NCBI GenBank assembly: GCA_903824595.1
Contig: CAIJXH010000014.1
Coordinates: 12,005-76,004, forward strand
Length of the DNA stretch: 64,000 bases
Direction of reading: 5' to 3'
DNA from: an uncultured bacterium
Lineage (GTDB): Bacteria > Patescibacteriota > Minisyncoccia > Phycocordibacterales > UBA2100
Under the pieces are notes generated by a model that had not been told where the DNA came from, did not search any database, and was given only the letters and a program-made list of their open reading frames with translations. Made by a program: the position numbers and the translations under genes. Positions 1 through 8,802 of this stretch are shown piece by piece. Position 1 is the stretch's first letter. Each line of letters opens with the position of its first letter.

Positions 1-21
1 CCCATGCCGGGGTGGGGATCA

Positions 22-52
22 GGCTACTGCATGCGCTGAGCATGCAGTAGCC
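22..52. other. Perfect 13-bp hairpin (GGCTACTGCATGC-gctga-GCATGCAGTAGCC)
   Basis: Inverted repeat read directly; immediately precedes a terminator hairpin. Confidence 0.6.
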
Positions 53-53
53 C

Positions 54-90
54 AAAGCGGCACTGTTTTTACAGTGCCGCTTTTCTTTTG
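54..90 (+). terminator. Intrinsic terminator
   Basis: AAAGCGGCACTGT-tttt-ACAGTGCCGCTTT followed by a T-rich tract. Confidence 0.75.
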
Positions 91-121
91 CTTCGTATAC
101 ATAGGTGCTATTATTTTGTGT

Positions 122-979
122 ATGCGTAATCGTCTTGTGGCTTTGGTTGTTGGACTGATGTGTCTTCCCGCACTCGCGTGCGCTGATTCAGAAGTACACA
201 TTTCGTCGCAAGGAGTTTTTTTGGCAAAACAACTTACCGTGATGCAAATCGCGGGAAAAAATATTTTTGCACGCGGATATTGGGGTAATGCATTTTTACG
301 CATCACGGTGCTCATCAATGCATCGACGACCATTCAGAAAAGTCATGGTGATGCTGGAGTACTCGACGATCTCAAAGAGGGGGATGTTCTAGACGTCTCC
401 GGAGCGCTCTCATCTGGCGCTGATACCGTAACGGTAAACGCAACATCAATTCGTAATGCGTCGGCTGATCATGCGCAAAAACAAGTGGCAGGAACGATAC
501 GTTCAATCGATGTGGCGGCGCGTTCGTTTGATATGAAAGACGCGACACTTGGACCGATCACCGTGGTAATTCCCGTGTCTGTATCGATCGAAAAAGGCGC
601 GCGTGTTATTGATATGGCCGATATGCACATAAACGATGCAGTGATTGGCGCATCAGGCATATTTGACTACAGTACTCATACGCTGACTGCCACAACGCTT
701 GAGTTATATCAAGACAAGGCAGTATTTGCGCCACGCAATTTTGAAGGCACGCTCAAAAGTGTGTCTGGAACAACATTGCCTGTAACTGCAATCATCACGG
801 TGAGTGGAGTTGACTATACCGTATATCTGGCGTCGGATATATCGATCCTTAAAAAGAACAAAACGAAGACGATGCTTTCTCGATTTGTGGCGGGTGATAC
901 GGTGCGTGTGTGGGGTGCTATTCGTACGACCAATATGTCAGAAATTGACGTGAGCGTCATGCGCGATATGAATTTCTAA
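122..979 (+). CDS. Secreted protein with repeated beta-rich OB-fold-like (DUF5666-like) modules
   Basis: Signal peptide MRNRLVALVVGLMCLPALACA; three 'G..V.V.G' type repeats; start moved to ATG 122, 7 nt after TGcTATTAT. Confidence 0.6.
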   Translation: MRNRLVALVVGLMCLPALACADSEVHISSQGVFLAKQLTVMQIAGKNIFARGYWGNAFLRITVLINASTTIQKSHGDAGVLDDLKEGDVLDVSGALSSGADTVTVNATSIRNASADHAQKQVAGTIRSIDVAARSFDMKDATLGPITVVIPVSVSIEKGARVIDMADMHINDAVIGASGIFDYSTHTLTATTLELYQDKAVFAPRNFEGTLKSVSGTTLPVTAIITVSGVDYTVYLASDISILKKNKTKTMLSRFVAGDTVRVWGAIRTTNMSEIDVSVMRDMNF

Positions 980-3396
980 TGCGTATGATGAAAGAAAAAG
1001 TATTGAAATTTGGGGGGACGTCGATGGGATCGGCAGAGGCGATTGAACAGGTCATGACGGCAGTCGCGGAAGCAGCGAAAGATGCGCATGTCGTGGCGGT
1101 TGTGGTGTCGGCAATGAGCGGCACGACGGATGCGCTTATTCGAATAGCACATACCGCCGCCGCGAAAGATGAATCATATATCACACTCTTGCGCGAGATT
1201 GAACAGCGACACCTGCGTACCATTGAATCCTTGGTTGCGCATGGAGCCAACCGCGCTTCGCTGGATGCTGACATGCGAGCCTTATGTGAATCGCTCAAAG
1301 ACGTCGTCATGGGAGTATTTTTGATTGGTGAGATTTCTCCGGGCACGCTTGACCAAATCATGAGTTATGGCGAGCGGCTTTCAGCCAGCATGCTTGCAGG
1401 GGCATGTGTGTCGCGTGGAGTGCCTGCAGAATATCTTGATGCTCGGGCGGTGATACGTACCAACACAGAATACGGATCTGCGATTGTTGATTTTGCAACC
1501 ACCGATATGTTGACGCGTGATTATTTCAAGATGCACCCCACTTTGCAGGTGGTAACTGGTTTTATTGGCGCAACTGCCGATGGCAAAACGACGACTCTTG
1601 GTCGAGGCGGAAGTGATTATACGGCAGCAATTATCGGGGCTGCTCTTGATGTGTCGATGATTGAGATTTGGACCGATGTGTCTGGTGTATATACCGCCAA
1701 TCCTCGCACGGTACTTGATGCGTTTCCTCTTTCTGCAATGACATATCTAGAAGCAGTGGAGCTCTCCTATTTTGGCGCAAAAGTGATTTATCCGCCAACC
1801 ATGTATCCAGCAATGAGACGCGGCATACCGATTCGTATCAAAAATACATTTGCACCTACCGACCCCGGCACCGTAATCAGCAACGTCCCTGGTTCGGATG
1901 ACGCGTTCGCTCGCGGCATATCGTCACTGAGCAACGTTGTGGTCATGCAGGTAACGGGAAGCGGCATGCAAAGTATTCACGGAGCCGCGGGTCGTCTTTT
2001 TGGGGTTATGGGTCGTATGCATATCAATCCAATTCTTATCGCACAAGCATCGTCTGAGAATGCAATATCATTTGTTGTGATGCCTGCCGATGTTGAGAAA
2101 GCTCACGCGGCTATCGAAGAAGAATTCATGTTTGAAAGACAGCGAGGGCTTATTGACCCGATTGTTTTGCTACACGACCTCTCGGTTATAGCTGTGGTGG
2201 GGGAGCACATGCGACATCGTACCGGTGTGGCAGGGAAGCTATTCCAAACTCTTGGAAAAAGCAATGTCAATGTGGTCGCGATTGCACAAGGGTCTTCTGA
2301 ACTCAATATATCGGTCGTCGTTGCATCGTCGGACGAGGCGCGTGCGCTTCGTGCCATTCATACGGCGATATTCTTTCCCGATGTAAAGCCCGTACATATT
2401 TTCTTGGTAGGAACGGGGCTCGTTGGCTCGGAATTGTTGCAGCAAATAATCCAACAAAGTGAATTGCTGGCCAATGAGCACGGATTCTTTATACGTATAG
2501 TCGGTATCGCCAATGCAGACACTATGGTATTTGATGAACAGGGCGCATCGATCAATACATGGCAAACTGGCGCCGAATCACGGGAAGTGATGAACATTGA
2601 CACGTTTATTGAACGTATGCGCAACGCCGATATACCGGCAAAAATATTTGTTGACTGTACTCCTTCGGATGAAATTGCAGCGCATTATGCCGACATTCTC
2701 GCGTGCGGTATCTCGATTGTCACTCCGAACAAACGCGCAAACGCAGGTTCGCTCGAGTACTATCATCGACTCGGGGAGTTGGCACGTCGTCCTGGTATTT
2801 CATTTTTATACGAAACGAGCGCGTGTGCAGCATTGCCGATCATTAGTATGCTCGATGATCTATCACTCAGCGGGGATCACTTTTTGAAAATAGAGGGAGT
2901 ACTTTCTGGCGCGTTGAGTTTTGTGCTAAATTCATTTGACGGCTCGCGCCCGTTTAGCGATGTGGTGTGCGATGCAAAAAAGCTTGGGTACATAGAGCAC
3001 GACCCGTTTGAGGAATTGAGCGGAACCGACGTGGCGCGAAAAATACTTATCTTGGCGAGAAAATGCGGATGGAAACTTGATCTGGCAGATGTGCACGTAG
3101 AGGGATTGTTAGAATCGGATGAAGTATACGAACAACGGCGGAGTGAAGCAGCTGCACGCGGAGAACGACTGCGCTACGTGGCGACACTCGAACAAGGTGC
3201 CGCGACTGTCGCATTGCGAAGTGTCCCGCCCGCGCACCCTTTTTATAATCTTTCAGGAAGTGATAACATTGTTGCTATTACTACATCTCGATATTCTACG
3301 ACACCACTCGTTATCAAAGGTCCTGGCGCGGGAGCATCTGTCACCGCCGCGGGTGTCTTTGCCGATATCCTTCGCGCTGCACGGGACATGGCGTGA
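979..3396 (+). CDS. thrA: Bifunctional aspartokinase / homoserine dehydrogenase
   Basis: KFGGTS, VVSAMSG, TTLGRGGSDYTA, two ACT domains, GTGLVG, NK, DVARK, GPGAG motifs. Confidence 0.93.
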   Translation: MRMMKEKVLKFGGTSMGSAEAIEQVMTAVAEAAKDAHVVAVVVSAMSGTTDALIRIAHTAAAKDESYITLLREIEQRHLRTIESLVAHGANRASLDADMRALCESLKDVVMGVFLIGEISPGTLDQIMSYGERLSASMLAGACVSRGVPAEYLDARAVIRTNTEYGSAIVDFATTDMLTRDYFKMHPTLQVVTGFIGATADGKTTTLGRGGSDYTAAIIGAALDVSMIEIWTDVSGVYTANPRTVLDAFPLSAMTYLEAVELSYFGAKVIYPPTMYPAMRRGIPIRIKNTFAPTDPGTVISNVPGSDDAFARGISSLSNVVVMQVTGSGMQSIHGAAGRLFGVMGRMHINPILIAQASSENAISFVVMPADVEKAHAAIEEEFMFERQRGLIDPIVLLHDLSVIAVVGEHMRHRTGVAGKLFQTLGKSNVNVVAIAQGSSELNISVVVASSDEARALRAIHTAIFFPDVKPVHIFLVGTGLVGSELLQQIIQQSELLANEHGFFIRIVGIANADTMVFDEQGASINTWQTGAESREVMNIDTFIERMRNADIPAKIFVDCTPSDEIAAHYADILACGISIVTPNKRANAGSLEYYHRLGELARRPGISFLYETSACAALPIISMLDDLSLSGDHFLKIEGVLSGALSFVLNSFDGSRPFSDVVCDAKKLGYIEHDPFEELSGTDVARKILILARKCGWKLDLADVHVEGLLESDEVYEQRRSEAAARGERLRYVATLEQGAATVALRSVPPAHPFYNLSGSDNIVAITTSRYSTTPLVIKGPGAGASVTAAGVFADILRAARDMA

Positions 3397-3402
3397 TGTA
3401 CA

Positions 3403-4503
3403 ATGACATCTATGCAAAAAATTCCAGTGGGTATCTTGGGGGCAACGGGGATGGTGGGACAGCAGTATATTCGACTGCTCGCCAACCATCCGTATTTTGA
3501 AGTTACGCATCTTGCCGCATCACCATCGTCGGCGGGCAAGACATATCGCACTGCGCTCAAGAATGGCTGGCTGGTGGAGGGGGAATTGCCTGAGAGTGTT
3601 TCCGAGCTTGTGGTCGCGGACGTGGCGAATGTAGCGTCGGCACAAGGATGCGTACTGGTATTTTCTGCCTTTGAAATGCCTGAAAAAGAGCAGATCAAAT
3701 CGCTCGAAAATGCCTACGCCGCCGCGGGTATCGCCGTATTTTCCAATTCTTCCGCGCACCGTTCCACGCCCGATGTGCCGATGATTGTTGCCGAAATAAA
3801 TCCGCAGCATCTCGACATCATTCCTTCGCAGCAGAAAAGAAACGGGTGGGATACGGGGTTTGTCGTCGTGAAGCCGAATTGCAGTTTGCAGAGTTATCTC
3901 ACGCCTATGTATGCGCTCATGCAAGCGGGCTATGAAATCCCGAAAATTATGGTAACGACAATGCAGGCGGTGTCGGGTGCGGGGTATCCGGGTGTGCCGA
4001 GCTTGGACATGATAGACAATGTCGTACCCTTCATTGGTGGTGAAGAAGAAAAAACCGAGCGCGAGCCGCTCAAGATTTTTGGTGAGGCGAAAGAGGGAGT
4101 GTTTGTACCATTTGCGGGATTGAAAATTTCCGCGCATTGCAATCGTGTGCCTGTAAGCGATGGGCACACCGCGTGCGTGAGTTTCGCCTTCGGTGAGAAG
4201 AAAGCCAACCTCGATACCATCAAAAAAATCTGGAGAGATTTTAGAGGAGTACCACAAGAACTCGATTTACCGTTCGCGCCCATGCAGCCAATCATTTACC
4301 ACGAAGAGCAGAATCGCCCGCAACCAAAACACGATCGCGATGCAGATAAGGCGATGGCGGTGTCGGTGGGTCGACTTCGTCCCGATTCTATATTCGATTT
4401 CAAATTCGTCGCACTCTCGCACAACACGGTGCGCGGTGCTGCCGGCGGAGGAATTCTCAACGCGGAACTTGCATACCGTAAAGGATTGTTGACGCTAACG
4501 TAG
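3403..4503 (+). CDS. asd: Aspartate-semialdehyde dehydrogenase (archaeal/fungal-like subtype)
   Basis: GATGMVG, KPNCS, QAVSGAGYPG, EEEK, CNRVPV..GH, HNTVRGAAG. Confidence 0.93.
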   Translation: MTSMQKIPVGILGATGMVGQQYIRLLANHPYFEVTHLAASPSSAGKTYRTALKNGWLVEGELPESVSELVVADVANVASAQGCVLVFSAFEMPEKEQIKSLENAYAAAGIAVFSNSSAHRSTPDVPMIVAEINPQHLDIIPSQQKRNGWDTGFVVVKPNCSLQSYLTPMYALMQAGYEIPKIMVTTMQAVSGAGYPGVPSLDMIDNVVPFIGGEEEKTEREPLKIFGEAKEGVFVPFAGLKISAHCNRVPVSDGHTACVSFAFGEKKANLDTIKKIWRDFRGVPQELDLPFAPMQPIIYHEEQNRPQPKHDRDADKAMAVSVGRLRPDSIFDFKFVALSHNTVRGAAGGGILNAELAYRKGLLTLT

Positions 4504-4509
4504 CGCGTT

Positions 4510-4541
4510 TCCTTATTTTCTACGGCCGTTCAAGATAAGGA
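4510..4541. repeat. Dispersed palindrome, copy 1 (degenerate)
   Basis: TCCTTATTTTCTACGGCCGTTCAAGATAAGGA, followed by CATG as in the copy at 6782. Confidence 0.8.
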
Positions 4542-4592
4542 CATGAGCATGTCGTGCGTGTATACTTTTTGCGTTTCTGTTACAATGCTTTC

Positions 4593-5864
4593 ATGCAACA
4601 TAATCCTTGGGAACGAGCTAAAAACCAATTACACAACGCCGCAGAACACATCTCTCTCGACCCACTTTTTCTTGCGAAGCTCGGCGCGCCCGATCGCACG
4701 GTGGGCGTGTCTGTCCCGATGCGGATGGACGATGGAAGCGTGAGGGTGTTTGAGGGGTTTCGCGTGCAGCACAACAACCTCCGCGGTCCGTACAAGGGCG
4801 GACTCCGCTATCATCCAAAGGTAGACATGGACGAAGTGCGAGCCCTTGCTTTTTGGATGACGATGAAAAATGCGGTTGTCGACGTGCCGTTTGGGGGCGG
4901 CAAGGGTGGCGTTGCCGTCGATCCAAAGAAACTTTCGGCGAGCGAGCTGGAGCGGCTCACGCGCGAGTTTGCACGCAAACTCGCGCCCGTGATCGGTCCC
5001 TCGCTCGACGTACCCGCGCCAGATGTCAACACCAACGGCACCATCATGCACTGGATACGCGAGGAATACGCCCGCGTCTCGGGAGCGGACGCGCAGGCAG
5101 TGATCACCGGCAAAGCTATCAAAGACGGCGGCTCCGAAGGCCGCACCGAAGCGACCGGTCTCGGCGGCAGCTATGCGCTCGCCGAGTACCTGCGTCTCAC
5201 GGGTCAACATCCACAAGGCATGACCGTGGCGATTCAAGGTTTTGGCAACGTAGGCAGCTACCTCGCCGGTTATTTGCAGGAGCTCGGCTTCACAATCGTC
5301 GCGCTTTCCGATTCCAAGGGCGGCATCTACATCCCGGGTGGTATTCGCGATTTGAAAGCCGTCGCCGCGTGCAAAGAGCGGAGCGGGAAAATCGCCGGAT
5401 GCTACTGCGTGGGAAGCGTCTGTGACGTGACCAACATGGAGCAGCTCGGCGGTCGCGACATTTCTCCCGACGAAGCTCTCACGCTGCCGGTCGACGTCGT
5501 CGTGCCGTCGGCGCTCGAGAACGCAATCACCTCCGACAATGTTGCCGATGTGAAAGCGCGAATCGTGCTCGAAATGGCAAACGGTCCCACCACCATCGAA
5601 GCCGATCGTGTACTTGCCGAGCGCGGCGTCGTTGTCATTCCCGACATTCTCGCCAATGCGGGCGGTGTCGCGGTGTCGTATTTCGAGTGGTACCAAAACA
5701 TGCACGGCGAGACGTGGACAAAGCCCGACGTCTTCGCGAAGCTCAAAGAAAAAATGGATGCGGCGACAGGCGCGGTGTATCAGGCGTCGCTCCAGCACCA
5801 AGTGTCGCTTCGCGATGCCGCCTACATCACCGCACTACAACGCCTCGCATCGTCCGCTGCGTAG
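4593..5864 (+). CDS. gdhA: Glutamate dehydrogenase (Glu/Leu/Phe/Val family)
   Basis: GPYKGGLRY, GGGKGG, PAPDVNT, GFGNVG, ANGPTT, PDILANAGGV; start 6 nt after TACAAT. Confidence 0.92.
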   Translation: MQHNPWERAKNQLHNAAEHISLDPLFLAKLGAPDRTVGVSVPMRMDDGSVRVFEGFRVQHNNLRGPYKGGLRYHPKVDMDEVRALAFWMTMKNAVVDVPFGGGKGGVAVDPKKLSASELERLTREFARKLAPVIGPSLDVPAPDVNTNGTIMHWIREEYARVSGADAQAVITGKAIKDGGSEGRTEATGLGGSYALAEYLRLTGQHPQGMTVAIQGFGNVGSYLAGYLQELGFTIVALSDSKGGIYIPGGIRDLKAVAACKERSGKIAGCYCVGSVCDVTNMEQLGGRDISPDEALTLPVDVVVPSALENAITSDNVADVKARIVLEMANGPTTIEADRVLAERGVVVIPDILANAGGVAVSYFEWYQNMHGETWTKPDVFAKLKEKMDAATGAVYQASLQHQVSLRDAAYITALQRLASSAA

Positions 5865-5884
5865 ACACCGTTTTGTGGTGGATT

Positions 5885-5913
5885 TTGACAAGTATCGTGG
5901 ATAGTCGTATAAT
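5885..5913 (+). promoter_or_regulatory. Consensus sigma70 promoter
   Basis: TTGACA (5885-5890), 17 nt, TATAAT (5908-5913); SD GGAGG upstream of ATG 5949. Confidence 0.85.
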
Positions 5914-5948
5914 TGCATGCAGTAAAAAGCGCAGCAGGGGAGGTTCTC

Positions 5949-6548
5949 ATGCGCAGTATTCTGGTTGCTTTTTTCGTTCTGTGCGCGCTGCCTATGGCGG
6001 CGCGGGCGGAGGTCGCGCCCGCGCTGTTCACGGCGGCGGAGCTCGGCTTTTTGCGAGCCGAGCTCGGCAAGATTGCCGATGAGACTCGGCTTGGTTCATC
6101 CACCCCGCGATGGGTGGATAATCAAATCCGAGCGCTCCAGGCAGAGCGCCTCGGACGCCTCGACGAGGCGAAGGTATGGGAATCCTTCGCCGATGCATTC
6201 TCCGCCTTTGCGGTGGCGAAGGTGGAGTGCGATCCGCTTCGCGCGGAGCTCGCGCGCGGTACGCCGGGCGCGCCGATACCGACCGAGCTGGTCGGCCGGA
6301 TGCGCGTATGCGCGTGGCTCGTTGGCGAATTCGCCAACGCGGCGATGAACGCTCACCTCGCGGCGGTGAGATGGGGTGTCGGCTCGGCGGCACGGGATCT
6401 GCCGCTGTGCGGTCTCGCACTCCCGTGCTGGAGGCGTGTGACTGCTCGCCTCGAGGCGGTCGTGCGCGGAGCTGCGGTGATGCTCTCCGCCGCCGAGGTG
6501 TTTTCCGCGGCGGTGACCGTCACAGCGATCGGTAGGGCAACCTACTGA
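5949..6548 (+). CDS. Orphan high-GC exported helical protein
   Basis: Own promoter, SD and 3' hairpin; signal peptide MRSILVAFFVLCALPMAARA; no family recognised. Confidence 0.6.
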   Translation: MRSILVAFFVLCALPMAARAEVAPALFTAAELGFLRAELGKIADETRLGSSTPRWVDNQIRALQAERLGRLDEAKVWESFADAFSAFAVAKVECDPLRAELARGTPGAPIPTELVGRMRVCAWLVGEFANAAMNAHLAAVRWGVGSAARDLPLCGLALPCWRRVTARLEAVVRGAAVMLSAAEVFSAAVTVTAIGRATY

Positions 6549-6554
6549 TCGCCA

Positions 6555-6586
6555 TCGGGAAAGCATCAACGCCGCAGCTTTCCCGA
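6555..6586 (+). terminator. Hairpin downstream of the orphan gene
   Basis: TCGGGAAAGC...GCTTTCCCGA 10-bp stem; T-rich tract shortly downstream. Confidence 0.5.
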
Positions 6587-6813
6587 GAATGATCTTTTGT
6601 TTTATTTTTGCGACCGCCTTGCTGCAAGCTTGGCGGTCGTTACTTTTTTGCCTATTTCTTTTTCTTTACGTTGCGTCGTGTTCACGCTCGCGCCATTTTC
6701 ACACCAACGTCCACTCCTACCATCACTCCCACTTTCCATGCACTCCTCACTCGAATCCCCATAGTTCTCTCTGTCAACAATTCCTTATTTCCCACGGTCG
6801 TATAAAATAAGGA
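6586..6813 (+). repeat. Long non-coding repeat element, copy A (hairpin + T tract + palindrome)
   Basis: Colinear blocks shared with the reverse complement of 62792-62951, including a 29/29 identical GCGACCGCCTTGCTGCAAGCTTGGCGGTC. Confidence 0.85.
6782..6813. repeat. Dispersed palindrome, copy 2; contains the -10 box of the PaaX-like gene
   Basis: TCCTTATTTCCCACGGTCGTATAAAATAAGGA; TAAAAT 6803-6808 lies 6 nt before ATG 6815. Confidence 0.88.
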
Positions 6814-6814
6814 C

Positions 6815-7393
6815 ATGGGGAAGATTGAGCGGGAAGTACAAAAGCGGGCGAGGAAGCAGAACATACAGCACGCAGTGCTCTCTGTGATCGGTGTTGCCGG
6901 TATTCTCGCGGTGATGATGGTGGCGCCCAACACACTCCAGCTCCTCAAGTACACGCCGCTGGGTCGCAGAAAGGCGGCGTATCGCGTGAACGATTCTCTC
7001 GACCGCCTCATTCGCGGAGGATACGTGACGTTTGAAACACGGAATGGAAAGAAATTCTTGCGCCTTACACCGAAAGGAGAAACGAAACTCGCGCACGCAA
7101 CCGCGGGAGACATGCGGATGGTACCACCGAGACGATGGGACAAACGCTGGCGCATCGTGATCTTCGACATCCCGGAGAGTCGCCGCAAAGCCCGCGATCT
7201 CTTGCGCGACAGATTGATCGCGATCGGATTTGTGCGATTGCAGGCGAGCGTGTGGGTGTATCCGCATGATTGCGAGGATGTGATCATACTCATCAAGACG
7301 AGCTTCGTCATCGGTCGGGAAGTGCTCTATATCGTTGCGGATCACGTCGAGCGAGATTTTGAACTTCGTTCTCGATTTGGTCTTCGTGTGTGA
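6815..7393 (+). CDS. PaaX-like protein: TM/amphipathic N-terminus, winged HTH, Cas2/VapD-like ferredoxin-fold domain
   Basis: wHTH 'SLDRLIRGGYV...LRLTPKG'; 'WDKRWRIVIFDIPESRRKARDLLRDRLIAIGFVRLQASVWVYP'. Confidence 0.82.
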   Translation: MGKIEREVQKRARKQNIQHAVLSVIGVAGILAVMMVAPNTLQLLKYTPLGRRKAAYRVNDSLDRLIRGGYVTFETRNGKKFLRLTPKGETKLAHATAGDMRMVPPRRWDKRWRIVIFDIPESRRKARDLLRDRLIAIGFVRLQASVWVYPHDCEDVIILIKTSFVIGREVLYIVADHVERDFELRSRFGLRV

Positions 7394-7394
7394 A

Positions 7395-7430
7395 ATTCCT
7401 TATTTCCTACGGTCGTGGGAAATAAGGAAT
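7395..7430. repeat. Dispersed palindrome, copy 3 (36 bp, near perfect)
   Basis: ATTCCTTATTTCCTACGGTCGTGGGAAATAAGGAAT, separated from the stop codon by 1 nt. Confidence 0.9.
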
Positions 7431-7506
7431 GCGGTGGGTGATTTGGCGAATGATTTGGAAATATTTGGTGCTGGACAATAGCGCACAACGCGAGTACTCT
7501 GCGCGT

Positions 7507-8745
7507 ATGTCATACATACCATCAGACACCATATTACAAAAGTATGCCGATGTGCTCGTCAACTTCGCTCTCGGCGGCGGCAAGGGAATCAAGAAAGGGG
7601 AAGTCGTGCGCTTGTCGGCGTCGGAATCCGCGAAGCCGCTTTTCATTGCGGTGCACAACGCGATAGTGGACGCGGGCGGACACGTGCTCTCGCACTATGC
7701 GCCCGACGAAGAAAAAGGCGACAAGCGCCGCAACGACAGCTACACGCGCTACTTTTACGAACACGCCAAGCCGCATCAGCTCGATTTCTTTCCGTCCAAA
7801 TATCTGAAAGGCGTCGTCGAGGAAATGGATCATTCTGTCTTCCTGCTTGCCGAAAAAGATCCGCACGCGCTATCGGGCGTCGATCCAAAAAAGATCATGG
7901 CGCGCGGCAAAGCACTCAAGCCTTTTATGGACTGGCGGCACGAGAAAGAATGGAAGGGGAAATTCACCTGGACGATCGCGCTCTACGGCACGCCCGCAAT
8001 GGCAAAGGAAGCCGGCTTGAGCGAAAAAGAATACTGGAACCAGATCATCAAAGCGTGCTTCCTCGACGAAGCCGATCCGATCAGGAAATGGAAAGAAGTG
8101 TACAAGGAGATCGACAGCTACCGCCGCAAGCTCAACGCGCTTTCGCCCAAGATTGACCGCTTGCACGCCGTCGGTCCCGACATGGATTTGTGGGTGAAGC
8201 TCGGCGAGAAACGTAACTGGCTCGCTGGAAGCGGACGCAACATTCCATCGTTTGAAATTTTCACCTCGCCCGACTGGCGCGGCACCGAAGGATGGATCAA
8301 ATTCAATCAGCCGCTCTACCGCTACAGCAACAAGATCGAAGGTATCGAGCTCGAATTCAAGAACGGTCGCGCGGTGAAGGCAAAGGCGAAAAAGAACGAG
8401 AAGCTGCTCAAAGAAATGATCGCCACGCCGGGCGCGGATCGCATCGGCGAATACTCGCTCACCGACAGGCGGCATTCGCGCATCACCAAATTCATGGCGG
8501 AGACGCTCTTCGACGAAAACATGGGTGGACCTTTCGGCAACACGCATCTCGCGCTGGGTATGAGCTACCGCGATACGTTCGCCGGCGACGTATCCGCGCT
8601 CACCGATGCCGACGCGGAAGACTTGGGCTTCAACGACTCCTCGGTGCACACCGACATCATCTCCACCACCCGACGCACCGTCACTGCTCATCTGAAAGAC
8701 GGAAAAGAAAAAGTGATTTACAAGGAGGGGGAGTTTGTACTCTGA
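7507..8745 (+). CDS. Aminopeptidase, M29 (AmpS/PepS) family
   Basis: NIPSFEIFTSP, IGEYSL, LFDEN, HLALG, NDSSVHTD. Confidence 0.88.
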   Translation: MSYIPSDTILQKYADVLVNFALGGGKGIKKGEVVRLSASESAKPLFIAVHNAIVDAGGHVLSHYAPDEEKGDKRRNDSYTRYFYEHAKPHQLDFFPSKYLKGVVEEMDHSVFLLAEKDPHALSGVDPKKIMARGKALKPFMDWRHEKEWKGKFTWTIALYGTPAMAKEAGLSEKEYWNQIIKACFLDEADPIRKWKEVYKEIDSYRRKLNALSPKIDRLHAVGPDMDLWVKLGEKRNWLAGSGRNIPSFEIFTSPDWRGTEGWIKFNQPLYRYSNKIEGIELEFKNGRAVKAKAKKNEKLLKEMIATPGADRIGEYSLTDRRHSRITKFMAETLFDENMGGPFGNTHLALGMSYRDTFAGDVSALTDADAEDLGFNDSSVHTDIISTTRRTVTAHLKDGKEKVIYKEGEFVL

Positions 8746-8802
8746 TCGTCTCTTGTTGAAGCATTGGTCTGACCCTACAGAAACGTGTGGTAAAATCATG
8801 GC

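Noticed and set aside
4629-5801. 390-aa antisense ORF
   Set aside because: Shadow of gdhA produced by codon bias.
6589-6810. His-rich small ORF, and similar ORF ends at 39679 and 62797 (FLISHGR.K)
   Set aside because: The shared C-termini are translations of the palindrome; frames differ between the two long copies.
6782-7430. CRISPR array / CRISPR-Cas locus
   Set aside because: The repeats are isolated or separated by a whole gene; there are no regular spacers and no cas1 or effector genes.
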